In this document: positions 37,000-46,453 of the stretch, piece by piece
Numbering within the stretch: position 1 is the stretch's first letter
Layout: the number at the start of each line of letters is the position of its first letter
Source of the DNA: Candidatus Wirthbacteria bacterium
GTDB lineage: Bacteria; Patescibacteriota; CG2-30-54-11
Reading direction: 5' to 3'
NCBI GenBank assembly: GCA_903889905.1
Contig: CAISZI010000010.1
Location: forward strand, 1,464-65,463
DNA length: 64,000 nt
The notes under the pieces: generated by a model
Told to the model about the DNA's origin: nothing
Databases searched by the model: none
What the model saw: only the letters and a program-made list of their open reading frames with translations
Translations under genes and position numbers: made by a program

Positions 37000-37980
37000 A
37001 TGGAACGCCAATTTGGTCTGGACTTCATCCGGGTGACGGAATTTGCAGCACTGGCCGCAGCCCGTACTATGGGCAAAGGTGACGAGGAACTGTCAGACCG
37101 TGTTTCAACCGACACGATTCGGGCTGAGCTTAATAAATTGCCCATTCGTGGTCGTGTGGTGATCGGCGAGGGCGACGACGCTTCCAAGTCCCGCTTGTTT
37201 GTGGGCGAAGAAGTGGGCGACTGGGAAAAAATACGCAATGCTTGGGAAGTAGACATTGCCGTGGATCCGTTGGAAAACAACAAAGCGGTCGCTTTTGGCG
37301 GCAGCAGCGCAGCCGTGGTCCTGGCCGTATCGGAGCGTGGTGGAATCCTGAACGCGCCGGACGTGTATATGGACAAAATTATTGTGGGTCCCACCGCTGT
37401 GGGCAAAGTGGATATCAATGCCACGCCCACAGCGAATGTGCAGGCGATTGCCAAGGCGTTTGGCCGCGACCCAGATGACATTCTGATCGCGATTCTGGAT
37501 CGGGAGCGCAACCAGCCCTTGATTAATGAAGTCAAAACAGCGGGCGCGCGCATTCAACTGATTCGTGACGGTGATTTGACGCTCGGCATTGCTGCTGCGA
37601 TCCGTGGCACGGGCATGCACGCCGTGATGGGCATTGGCGGTGCACCCGAAGGCGTACTTGCGGCAGCAGCCTTGCGCTGCCTGGGCGGTGAAATTCAGGC
37701 CAAGTTCATGGCGCTCAATCCGGAGCACGAAAAACGCCTCAGGCAGTGGGGCATTACGGATTTGACTCGGGTTTACAAAACCAAAGACCTGGTGAGCGGC
37801 GAGCAAATTGTCTTTGCTGCCACGGCGGTGACGCGCGGTGATCTGCTCAAAGGTGTCCGCTTTTTCAGCGGCGGCGCCCGTACCGAATCGCTGTTCATGG
37901 GTTACCAGAATCGTAAAATTCGGTTTATAGATACGGTCCACGTGTTTGAACCGGATGTGATGCCAGTGCTGGTAAGATAG
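37000..37980 (+). CDS. glpX: Fructose-1,6-bisphosphatase class II (GlpX)
   Basis: MERQFGLDFIRVTEFAALAAARTMGKGD..., 326 aa; typical GlpX N-terminus and length. Confidence 0.8.
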   Translation: MERQFGLDFIRVTEFAALAAARTMGKGDEELSDRVSTDTIRAELNKLPIRGRVVIGEGDDASKSRLFVGEEVGDWEKIRNAWEVDIAVDPLENNKAVAFGGSSAAVVLAVSERGGILNAPDVYMDKIIVGPTAVGKVDINATPTANVQAIAKAFGRDPDDILIAILDRERNQPLINEVKTAGARIQLIRDGDLTLGIAAAIRGTGMHAVMGIGGAPEGVLAAAALRCLGGEIQAKFMALNPEHEKRLRQWGITDLTRVYKTKDLVSGEQIVFAATAVTRGDLLKGVRFFSGGARTESLFMGYQNRKIRFIDTVHVFEPDVMPVLVR

Positions 37981-38002
37981 AAAGTTTAGGTAAGTGTTTT
38001 CG

Positions 38003-38067
38003 TGTCATCCTGAACTTGATTCAGGATCTAATTCCACGACGAGATGCCGAATTAAGTTTGGCATGAC
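38003..38067 (+). repeat. Conserved 5'-leader element copy 1 (GTCATCCTGAAC-loop-TTCAGGAT CTAATTCCACGAC.AGATGCCGAA...AGTTTGGCATGA), ~25 nt upstream of the aminotransferase start
   Basis: Shares ~60 nt of near-identity with the copy at 61968-62087, including an 8-bp stem ATCCTGAA/TTCAGGAT. Confidence 0.6.
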
Positions 38068-38088
38068 ACCATAGAAAATGAGGTCCTG

Positions 38089-39246
38089 ATGATTTCCCAA
38101 CTCGCGCAACACATCTCTGCCAGTGCCACGGTGGCTTTGGATACCAAGGCCAAACAGCTCAAGGCAAGTGGCAAGCCTGTGATTTCTTTTGGCATTGGCC
38201 AGCCGGATTTCCCGACGCCAGACAACGTGAAGCAGGCGGCAATCGTGGCGCTGGGCCAAAACTTGACCGGTTACACGCCGACGCTGGGCGTGCCAGAATT
38301 GAGGGAAGCCATTGCCGCCAAACTGAAGCGGGAAAATGGTTTGGATTACAGCAAGGCAAACATTGCTGTCGGCAGTGGTGCCAAAGGCGTTTTGTACGAA
38401 CTTTTTCTGGCGCTGTTGGATCCGGGCGACGAAGTTTTGATTTTAAAACCCTACTGGGTGAGCTATACCGAACAGATTGCCATGGCGGGTGGGAGATCCG
38501 TGCTGGTGGGTTGCGATCCCTATACCTTTGCGCCGGATTTAGCCGAACTGGAAACCAGGATCACGCCGCGGTCCAAACTGATTGTGGTGAATTCGCCCAA
38601 CAATCCATCGGGTGTGGTTTATTCCCGTTCGCAGTTGGAAGAAATTGCCCAAATCGCGAAACAGCACAAGTTGTTGATCATCTCCGACGAAGTTTATGAG
38701 CACTTTTATTACAGTGGCGACAATCGTTCAATTGCTTCCCTGGGGGAGGACGCGTTTGCCCGCACCATTGTGGTCAATGCCGTTTCCAAAACGTACTCCA
38801 TGACCGGCTGGCGGCTCGGTTACTGCGCCGTGCCTGACAGTGAAATTGTCGGTGCATTGGATCGGTTGCAGGGTAATAACCAAGGCAATCCGACCTCGAT
38901 CGCCCAATATGCGGCGGCGGCGGCGCTTACGGGAGAGCAGTCGTCGGTGACGGTGATGCGCGATGCTTTTTTGCGCCGGCGTGATTTGATGCTGAGTTAC
39001 TTCGGGAAAATACCACAGTTTGAATGCCTGCCGCCACCGGGCGCGTTTTATTGTTTTCCGCGGGTCATGATGGAAGGTTGCGACAGCATGCAGCTGGCGG
39101 AGCAGATCCTGGAAGAAACATTCGTCGCGGTGGTGCCGGGGAAACCGTTTGGGATGGAAGGATATTTGCGGTTCAGCTATGCGACACCGGAAGACAAGAT
39201 TCGAGAGGGGATGGAGCGGGTGGTGAAGTGGTTTAAAGACAAGTGA
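38089..39246 (+). CDS. PLP-dependent class I aminotransferase (aspartate/aromatic aminotransferase family)
   Basis: NPSGVVYS...SDEVYEHF...SKTYSMTGWRLGY (PLP-lysine region); 385 aa. Confidence 0.8.
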   Translation: MISQLAQHISASATVALDTKAKQLKASGKPVISFGIGQPDFPTPDNVKQAAIVALGQNLTGYTPTLGVPELREAIAAKLKRENGLDYSKANIAVGSGAKGVLYELFLALLDPGDEVLILKPYWVSYTEQIAMAGGRSVLVGCDPYTFAPDLAELETRITPRSKLIVVNSPNNPSGVVYSRSQLEEIAQIAKQHKLLIISDEVYEHFYYSGDNRSIASLGEDAFARTIVVNAVSKTYSMTGWRLGYCAVPDSEIVGALDRLQGNNQGNPTSIAQYAAAAALTGEQSSVTVMRDAFLRRRDLMLSYFGKIPQFECLPPPGAFYCFPRVMMEGCDSMQLAEQILEETFVAVVPGKPFGMEGYLRFSYATPEDKIREGMERVVKWFKDK

Positions 39247-39261
39247 TTATGCGAAAGCCCC

Positions 39262-39283
39262 CTGCCCCCCCTTTACAAGGGGG
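39262..39283. repeat. GC-rich hairpin CCCCCCTTTACAAGGGGG (member of an intergenic hairpin family)
   Basis: C5-6 / G5 stem with loop TTTACAA, directly after the aminotransferase stop. Confidence 0.5.
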
Positions 39284-39335
39284 TAAGAAAGACAGTCATT
39301 GCGAGGAGGCTTGGCGACGTGCAATCTCTCTTTGA

Positions 39336-40193
39336 TTGAGGTTATACATGGAAAGTGGTCAGATCTTTTCTTTTTTCCGCACTATGATCCGTGAGGCTGA
39401 GCAAGAGCTTTTGTCTTTCACTCTTCATTCGCCATTCAGTAAAGAACAAAAAGCCGACAAGACTCTTGTCACCGCGTGCGACAAGCATATTGATGCCAGG
39501 TTGTCGGTAATGGCGCGAAACAATGGGTTTCAGGTTGTCTCCGAAGAAGGCGAGCAGGCACAGGCCGTTGTCCGGGCGGGAAATTACCTGACGATTGACC
39601 CGATTGATGGCACACTGGGTTATATTGAATACGTTAACCATGCGCTTGCCGCAGGAAATATCAACAATTTTGCCCACACCGATTTGGGTGCTGCAGCGGA
39701 TTTCTGTTTGCTTTTGGGCATTGTCGAAGCGGGCGATCCACGCTTTGGCGCTTGTTATAACTTTGTCACCAAAGAATTGATTTTGGTTGATGCACAGAAT
39801 CCAGAAGCGCTGATCAGAGAAAACAACATCCGGAATTACACGGGAGAATTCGCGGTCTATGTCGACCAGCGGCCGGGTGGAGCGATTGAAGCAGACATTA
39901 AACAGACAGGTGAAATTACTATTATCAAACAGGCGGCGTTGGGACTTAAGTCGCTTTATACGATTTTAAATCCCCACCAGGCAGCCATTACGAATCATGG
40001 CGTACAAGTGGCGGGATTGTGGGATGTTTTGCCGGCGGCGGTTGCGGCGAGAGCCTTTGGTGGGATGGTTTATGACGACTGGGGAGAGCCGCTGCGCCTG
40101 ACCGATTACGTTATCTTGCCGGGCCGTGGCGCAACGATTGTAAAGGGAGAGAAGTTTGGGTGGGTGGTGGAAAGATTGAGAAAGAAAGATTAA
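39336..40193 (+). CDS. Inositol monophosphatase family protein (IMPase/FBPase-type)
   Basis: LTIDPIDGT (WxDPxDGT motif), 285 aa. Confidence 0.6.
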   Translation: MRLYMESGQIFSFFRTMIREAEQELLSFTLHSPFSKEQKADKTLVTACDKHIDARLSVMARNNGFQVVSEEGEQAQAVVRAGNYLTIDPIDGTLGYIEYVNHALAAGNINNFAHTDLGAAADFCLLLGIVEAGDPRFGACYNFVTKELILVDAQNPEALIRENNIRNYTGEFAVYVDQRPGGAIEADIKQTGEITIIKQAALGLKSLYTILNPHQAAITNHGVQVAGLWDVLPAAVAARAFGGMVYDDWGEPLRLTDYVILPGRGATIVKGEKFGWVVERLRKKD

Positions 40194-40272
40194 TTCTCGT
40201 TGGAATGAGACAAAAAAGAAGGGCGTATTGCAATACGCCCCAACGAAAGAAATCCATTGGTTTTCCTAACCA

Positions 40273-41265
40273 CTACACTTCCACCCACTGTGTCGAGATA
40301 ATATTCTCACTCATCTCGCCGTTGGGGCCTTCGGTCACGGTGAAGTTTTGCTGCAGGACAATGCGTTTGTCCAGGGAGTCGATGAAAGCTAAGTGACGGG
40401 TTTGGATAACCAGATCGCCGTCCTTGAATTCGTAGGTGGTGTTGGCCTGTTCGCGGTAGTAGAGATAGAGGTTCCACATCGCGCTCCAGAGTTCGTCGGA
40501 TGGCTTCACACCATTGAGCTGCAGGTCGAAGTTGACCTCTTCGCGGTTGATAGGGTAGGCGTGCGACTGGTATTCGGAGCTGAGCAGGTTGACGATGGTG
40601 TGGATTTTCTTGGCGTCTTTGATCGGGTTGATGTGGGTTTCCAGGATCTTGCGGCTAATCAGGCGCGCCAGGCGGTAGGATTGTTCGATGGCGCCCAGAG
40701 CCAGCGGGTTGATGTATTCAAACAAGGCGGTATAAATCTCGGCAATGGCTTCGGCGGTGTAGCGGTCCTTGGCTTCGTTGCGCAGGAACGAGATGCAGTG
40801 CTTGAGATCCTGCACTGAAATCGGGATGGGGCTGCCGTCAGGGTCTTTGGGCAAGAGCGGATGCATACGGGTGGGGTCAACCGGGCTGATTTCGGACATT
40901 GGGCCCATGATCATTTCGTCGGCGCCAAGCGCAATGTGGGTCGCGGCGCTGTGGGCGCGATAGGGAATCAGCACGTTGTAGCGCTGGAAATATTCGCGGA
41001 TGATGGAAACGATTTTCCAGGGTGTTTCGGTTGTGCCACCACGGCTGTACATGAACAGATCCAGCGCTTTGGCACTACCTTTGTCCATGGAGTGGATTTG
41101 TTCATAGAGTGGCAACACGCATTCTTCGTTGATGTAAACTTTGTCGCTCATGAAAAAGGTGAGCAGCGGCAGGCGCCGAATCGACTCGATTTTGGCAATC
41201 AGTTCTTCGTTGCCCGGCAGGGGAATTTGGTATGGGGTTGATGTTGGGGTTTCCGGTCTGTCCAT
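40273..41265 (-). CDS. ClpP/crotonase-fold serine protease, SDH (serine dehydrogenase proteinase) family-like
   Basis: MYSRGGTTETPWKIV...AHSAATHIALGADEMIM parallels the ClpP SPGG...ASMGA...A pattern. Confidence 0.4.
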   Translation of the reverse strand: MDRPETPTSTPYQIPLPGNEELIAKIESIRRLPLLTFFMSDKVYINEECVLPLYEQIHSMDKGSAKALDLFMYSRGGTTETPWKIVSIIREYFQRYNVLIPYRAHSAATHIALGADEMIMGPMSEISPVDPTRMHPLLPKDPDGSPIPISVQDLKHCISFLRNEAKDRYTAEAIAEIYTALFEYINPLALGAIEQSYRLARLISRKILETHINPIKDAKKIHTIVNLLSSEYQSHAYPINREEVNFDLQLNGVKPSDELWSAMWNLYLYYREQANTTYEFKDGDLVIQTRHLAFIDSLDKRIVLQQNFTVTEGPNGEMSENIISTQWVEV

Positions 41266-41425
41266 GGGTGCCTGTTTATTTTGGTCGCATCATTCCTTAA
41301 TAGTTTACCATTGGAGGATAGGAATTGACAATGAAGAACAGTGCAAATAGACGCCCACTTCGCTGAGGGACTTTTGCTTGGCTCAAAACCGCTTTAAGGC
41401 CTTTTGATAGGGGATGACGACAGTC

Positions 41426-41458
41426 GTCATTCTGAACGAAGAATCCTTGCTACAGACA
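41426..41458. repeat. Conserved intergenic motif family B, copy 2 (GTCATTCTGAACGAAGAATCCTTGCTACAGAC), preceded by the palindrome GATGACGACAGTCGTCAT
   Basis: Near-identical to 9208-9245 (GTCATTCCGAGCTTGCGAGGAATCCTTACTACAGAC). Lies in a divergent promoter region. Confidence 0.5.
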
Positions 41459-41615
41459 AGGATAGCTAAGTGGTAAGCCAATAATGGAGTGTCGTTAGCA
41501 GTAAGGATGTTTCGGTACCCTCAACATGACAGATGTGTGGTCATTTCTCTTCCCTTGCCTTTTTGCCAATTCCGTTTAGACTTAGGCGCGGTTTGTTTTT
41601 TTATATTGGTTCTTC

Positions 41616-43097
41616 ATGTCGGCAACCAAAACAGTGGCACGGAACACATTGGTGCAGGTGGCGGGGCGGGTGTTGTACCTGGCGCTCTCGCTGCTGACGA
41701 CCAAGCTGCTCACTGGCTACCTCGGAACTGGCGGTTATGGCCAGTACAACATCATTGTTGATTACATGGGGTTCTTTGGGGTGATGGTGGACATGGGGCT
41801 TTACCTGATCGTGATCCAGCATGTGGAACATGCCAAGTCGCAGGCAGACAAGGAAAAAGCAGTGGGAAACATTGTCGGGCTGCGCATCATCAGCGCCGTG
41901 ATTATGTTTGCCGTAGCCTCGGGATTGATCTTCCTCGTACCGTCCTCGTCGTACAGCCTGACACTCAAATATTCGGCTTGCCTCGCGGCGGTCGCTTTTT
42001 TTTGCGTGTCACTGAGCCAGCTCTTTGCCGGGGTTTTTCAGGCTTACCTGCACGCCGAGTGGGCGGCGCTGTCGGAGGTTATTGGTAAAGTTGTGGTCTT
42101 GGCAACCGTGTTTGTCTGCGCCCGGGAGAACCTGGGACTGGAAGCACTTGCCGTATCACTGATCATCGGCAACGGCGCGTCATTTATCTTTTCCTTTGCC
42201 ATGGCCAAGCGTTTCGTGAATTTTAAACTGCACTTTGACTGGGCGTCGTATCGGCAAATTCTCAAAGAAGCAGCGCCGCTGGGACTGGTGCTTGCGCTTT
42301 CCTATGCTTATGTCAAACAGGACACGATCATTTTGTCGCTGCATCCGGGATTAAAAGGCATTTCGCACGACGTGGCCGTAGGTATTTATAAAGTTCCTTA
42401 TCGTCTGCTGGAGGTGATCCAGGGGTTTCCGGCGCTGTTTCTGACCGCGTTGTTTCCGTTCATGAACAAATACATTGTGGGCAAAGACAGCCGGTTGTTT
42501 TCGATGTACCAGAAAGCGTTTGATTTCCTGGTCGCGCTGGCCTTGCCGATGATCGTGGGTGTCGTCGTTTTGGCGCATGCGTTGATCCCGTTTATCACCA
42601 AAAGCGGCACACAGTGGACGCCGGCGGTGCTGACCATGCAGATCCTGATCTTTTCGGTGGCGTTTGCCTTTATTGACAATTATGCCGGGTTTATCATCAT
42701 TTCCCAAAAAAAACAGAAATACCTGATTGGCCCCAACATCATGTACCTGGTGTTTAATCTGGTGCTGAACATTATCGTCATCCCGTTTTGGTCCTACAAT
42801 GGTGCGGCGATCGTGACGGTGTGGACGGAAATGCTGGTTTGTGCCACCAATTTCATCATCATCTACAAATTGATGCACTGGTACCCGAAACTACATGCGC
42901 TGGTCAAAATCTGCGGAGCCACTGCCGTGATGGGCGTGGTGGTCTATGCCTTGGATCGGATTGGATTGTATTTCCTGCTGAATGGCGCGCTCTCGATGGC
43001 GGTGTACTTCGTGGTGCTGTCAGCGCTTGGCGGTTTGCCTGAAGGCATAACCGCACGCGCTCTGTTGGCGAAACTGGTAAATAAATCCACGGTTTAA
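41616..43097 (+). CDS. Polysaccharide biosynthesis protein / oligosaccharide flippase (MOP superfamily, Wzx-like)
   Basis: ~14 TM helices. N-terminal ...VARNTLVQVAGRVLYLALSLLTTKLLTGYLGTGGYGQYN is typical of Wzx/PST family. Confidence 0.7.
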   Translation: MSATKTVARNTLVQVAGRVLYLALSLLTTKLLTGYLGTGGYGQYNIIVDYMGFFGVMVDMGLYLIVIQHVEHAKSQADKEKAVGNIVGLRIISAVIMFAVASGLIFLVPSSSYSLTLKYSACLAAVAFFCVSLSQLFAGVFQAYLHAEWAALSEVIGKVVVLATVFVCARENLGLEALAVSLIIGNGASFIFSFAMAKRFVNFKLHFDWASYRQILKEAAPLGLVLALSYAYVKQDTIILSLHPGLKGISHDVAVGIYKVPYRLLEVIQGFPALFLTALFPFMNKYIVGKDSRLFSMYQKAFDFLVALALPMIVGVVVLAHALIPFITKSGTQWTPAVLTMQILIFSVAFAFIDNYAGFIIISQKKQKYLIGPNIMYLVFNLVLNIIVIPFWSYNGAAIVTVWTEMLVCATNFIIIYKLMHWYPKLHALVKICGATAVMGVVVYALDRIGLYFLLNGALSMAVYFVVLSALGGLPEGITARALLAKLVNKSTV

Positions 43098-43101
43098 AGG
43101 A

Positions 43102-44262
43102 ATGCCCATGCATATTGTCTTTGACGCGCGTTGGATCCGTGACCGCAAACTGGATGGCATCGGGCGGTACACATTGGAATTATTGCAACAATTTGTGCTG
43201 CTGGGCAAAGACCATCACTGGACGGTATTGGTTGACCAACAAGACACAGCCGTGTGGTTACATTCCCGCTTGGGCAAGTCGTCCGCAAGCTTGCAGTTTC
43301 AGGTGATGGAAACGTCTATTTTGCACCTCAAAGACATCTGCAAATTGCGCCAGGTTATTACCAAATTAAAACCAGATGTTGTCTTGACACCACACTATCT
43401 TAGCTACCCTTTTGTGCGAGGCGTTCCAGTCGTGATGGTAATCCATGATCTGATTCCCTATTTGCGACCCGAACTGCGCAAGACGCTCAAATGGAAACTG
43501 TTTTATCGTTTTAAGTTTCAGTTGCGTTATGTCTTCAACAAGGCGGCTCAGCTTGTGGTGGATTCCGATGCCACTCGTCATGATGTAAAAAGACTGTTCG
43601 GTATTAATGAGGACAAGATTGCGCGAGTCTATGCCGGCGTGAATGACCGTTTTTTTGAGGCAGTGGATGTGATGGAACGTCGGGCCGTCAAACTTAAATA
43701 TCATTTGCCTGAGCGTTATATCCTGTGTGTTTCCCGCCAGCAAGCTTACAAAAACCTGCTTGGCCTGGCCAAAGCATATGATCTGCTGCCGCCACAGATC
43801 AAGGAGCGATACAAGCTGGTTTTGACGGGTGAAAGGCATCGTCTATACAACGATGACTTGATGGAAAAATTGGCCCCGCTTTTGGCCAAAGGACAATTGA
43901 TGTTTACCGGGTACCTGGATGACGCCGATTTGCCCGGATTGTATCAGGATGCTTCTGTTTTTTGTCTACCGTCTTTGTCTGAAGGCTTTGGGTTGCCCGT
44001 GTTGGAAGCAATGGCGAGTGGGACACCCGTTGCCTGCTCCCGCGTTGCTTCATTACCCGAAGTGGGCGGAGCGGCGGCTGCCTATTTTGATCCGATGGAC
44101 GTGCAGGATATGCGTGACAAGCTCCTGGAATTGATCGAAGAAGGCAAGAATGCGGTGCGCGTTGAGGCGGGGAGAGAGCAGGCACGGCAATTTAGGTGGG
44201 AAACAACGGCCGGGGAGGTCTTAAAGCTACTGGAAAAAGTGGTGGCTGGGGCGGAAGGCTAA
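43102..44262 (+). CDS. Glycosyltransferase family 4 (GT-B, GT1-type)
   Basis: LPSLSEGFGLPVLEAMASGTPV (E-x7-E motif region). Confidence 0.75.
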   Translation: MPMHIVFDARWIRDRKLDGIGRYTLELLQQFVLLGKDHHWTVLVDQQDTAVWLHSRLGKSSASLQFQVMETSILHLKDICKLRQVITKLKPDVVLTPHYLSYPFVRGVPVVMVIHDLIPYLRPELRKTLKWKLFYRFKFQLRYVFNKAAQLVVDSDATRHDVKRLFGINEDKIARVYAGVNDRFFEAVDVMERRAVKLKYHLPERYILCVSRQQAYKNLLGLAKAYDLLPPQIKERYKLVLTGERHRLYNDDLMEKLAPLLAKGQLMFTGYLDDADLPGLYQDASVFCLPSLSEGFGLPVLEAMASGTPVACSRVASLPEVGGAAAAYFDPMDVQDMRDKLLELIEEGKNAVRVEAGREQARQFRWETTAGEVLKLLEKVVAGAEG

Positions 44263-45377
44263 TTTTTGGGCAGTAGATCCTGGTAGATGTTGATCATGTT
44301 TTGGATAAAGCATTGCTGACGGAAATGATCGATTACCCGTGCTCTGCCTGCCAGACCGAAGCGCAGTCTTTGTTCTGGATTCAGGACAAGTTGCAACAGC
44401 GCTACCGCTAGTGCGTTTGGGTTGTTGGGCTCAACCAGCAATCCTGATTGATCTTGAACAACAATTTCCTCCGGCCCGCCACTTCGGGCCGCGACAACGG
44501 GCAGTCCGCAGGCCATGGCTTCGATCAAGGTCAGGCCAAAGGGTTCGTGCGTGGCTGCCGAGACCAGGATGTCGTGCGTTTGATAAACGGCTTTGATGTC
44601 TGGGGTAGGAGGAGCGAGGGTTACGTGCCGCTGCAGTTGCTTGCTTGCGGCAATCTGGGCGCGGATTTGTTGTTCGTACGCTGCAGTCTCGTTATCAAAG
44701 CGACTACCTATCAGCGTGAGCTTGACGTCGAGTTGTTGTTGGAGAAGAGTCTCCATGGCTGCCAGGAGAAGATGAAAACCCTTGCTCGGGTTGAAACGAC
44801 CAATACAGAGCAACCGAATTGCGGTTCCTTTTTGCTCTGGTTGTGGCGTGGGTTGAAAATAGTCGGTGTCCACACCGGGATGGGTGAGAATGGATTGTGC
44901 TGGCGGAAAATTTTGAAAAAGCCTGTGGACAGCGTCAGACACGCAAATAAATCTAGCGACGAGGTGGCGCAACAACAGTTTTGTCGGGAAACGATTGGGG
45001 GTGTACCAGGTGCCATGCACCATCCAGACGACCCTGGCTTTTGTCCCCATGGCTGCCAGTCCGGCAAGCAGTGCCGGCCTGAAGTCGTTGGCGTGGATCA
45101 GGGCGACGTGCTCTCTCTGGATCATGTGGCGCAGGGTAAAGACAGTTGTGATGAGCTTGGTGAGTTTGTCGATGGGGCCGTGCCAGAGAAAATCCACCAG
45201 ACGGACGTCCACACCTTTGTCTCTCAACGTTTGGGGGAGAATACCCTCGTGCGGCAAAACCACGATGGCTTTGAACTGGTCGGCTGGTAATCCCAAGATA
45301 ATGTCACGCAAGAGAATTTCACCCCCGCTGAGGTCGGTGATGTCGTGGAGAAAGAGGATACGGGAAGGAATGGGCAT
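44259..45377 (-). CDS. Glycosyltransferase family 4 (GT-B)
   Basis: ATHEPFGLTLIEAMACGLPVVA. Confidence 0.75.
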   Translation of the reverse strand: MPIPSRILFLHDITDLSGGEILLRDIILGLPADQFKAIVVLPHEGILPQTLRDKGVDVRLVDFLWHGPIDKLTKLITTVFTLRHMIQREHVALIHANDFRPALLAGLAAMGTKARVVWMVHGTWYTPNRFPTKLLLRHLVARFICVSDAVHRLFQNFPPAQSILTHPGVDTDYFQPTPQPEQKGTAIRLLCIGRFNPSKGFHLLLAAMETLLQQQLDVKLTLIGSRFDNETAAYEQQIRAQIAASKQLQRHVTLAPPTPDIKAVYQTHDILVSAATHEPFGLTLIEAMACGLPVVAARSGGPEEIVVQDQSGLLVEPNNPNALAVALLQLVLNPEQRLRFGLAGRARVIDHFRQQCFIQNMINIYQDLLPKN

Positions 45378-45499
45378 AGACGGGAAATACTAATAACAAA
45401 GGTTTTAAATACTAATCACTAAATCCTAATCACCAAACGGGGGAACGCAGCAGATTAGGTAAAATCCGTGTTTGGAGGTTCGAATTTAGAATTTAGTGT

Positions 45500-46258
45500 T
45501 TATTGTTTGTTCTTATTTTTTTGGAATCTCTGTCTTACGACTTCAAACATCCCTACCGCCCCCGCCACCGACGCATTGAGCGATTCGAGCTTGCCGGGCA
45601 TGGGAATTTCGGCGAGGCGATCGCAGCGCTTTTGGGTGAGCTGCGCAATGCCCGGGCCTTCACTGCCGATGACGATCGCGGTGGGGCCGGTAAAGTCGAC
45701 GTCATATATCGTGGTATTGTCGCCGGTTTCGAGGCCGACGATCTGGATCCATTTCTCTTTGAGCTGATCAATGGCTTTGTTGATGTTGGTGACCAGCGCA
45801 ATTGGGACAAGTTCCGTGGCGCCAGCAGCGGTTTTGACCACGGCCGGAGTGACCAGGCAGGCGCGATCTTTGGGAATAATGACACCATCAGCACCCGCGA
45901 GCTCGGCCGTGCGGATCAGTGCGCCAATGTTCTGGGGATCCTGTAAGTGATCCAGAATCAGAAAGAGCACGTTTTTGCCGTCGGTTTTGGCGAGCAGGTC
46001 GTCGAGTTCGGTGTAGGGAAAATCTCCAGCCACGGCCACCACGCCCTGGTGCGGTTTGCCGCTCTGGCTGAATTTGCGTTCAAGTTCGAGCTTGTCCATA
46101 AATTTGATCGGGAGCCGGCGCTTTTGGGCCTGCTGGTAGATTTGGTCGAGGATCTCGGCCTGCGGCAGGTCTTTTTGGATGGCCACAGATTCGAACTGAC
46201 GCTTGGGATTACAGAGGGCGCGGTAGACAGGGTGGCGGCCGTAGAGGAAGTCAGACAT
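45500..46258 (-). CDS. rlmB: TrmH/SpoU-family RNA 2'-O-methyltransferase (RlmB-like)
   Basis: N-terminal YGRHPVYRAL substrate-binding domain + SPOUT domain (QDPQNIGALIRTAELAGADGVI). Confidence 0.7.
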   Translation of the reverse strand: MSDFLYGRHPVYRALCNPKRQFESVAIQKDLPQAEILDQIYQQAQKRRLPIKFMDKLELERKFSQSGKPHQGVVAVAGDFPYTELDDLLAKTDGKNVLFLILDHLQDPQNIGALIRTAELAGADGVIIPKDRACLVTPAVVKTAAGATELVPIALVTNINKAIDQLKEKWIQIVGLETGDNTTIYDVDFTGPTAIVIGSEGPGIAQLTQKRCDRLAEIPMPGKLESLNASVAGAVGMFEVVRQRFQKNKNKQ

Positions 46259-46293
46259 ACTTTTAGTTCCTAAAGTTTATAAAGAGGATTAAA

Positions 46294-46400
46294 GGGGAGA
46301 ATCCCCCTACCCCCTTTGCAAGGGGGAAAGAAATAAAGATTTCATACCCCCTTGTAAAGGGGGCGCAGGGGGATTTGGGTTCATTGCCCCTTTACAAAAT
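46294..46400. repeat. Cluster of 3-4 GC-rich palindromic hairpins (GGGGAGAATCCCCC; CCCCCTTTGCAAGGGGG; CCCCCTTGTAAAGGGGG; GCCCCTTTACAA) upstream of rpsP
   Basis: Direct reading of the sequence; same motif family as 39262 and 61030-61110. Confidence 0.6.
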
Positions 46401-46453
46401 CGATATCTGCCAGTATCCTTTTAACGTTATCTATTTATCAATAGTGAGTGATT

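Noticed and set aside
45470-45500. Possible tRNA fragment (GGAGGTTCGAATTT resembles a T-arm)
   Set aside because: No acceptor stem, D-arm or anticodon arm can be built around it, and no other tRNA-like cloverleaf was found in any intergenic region.
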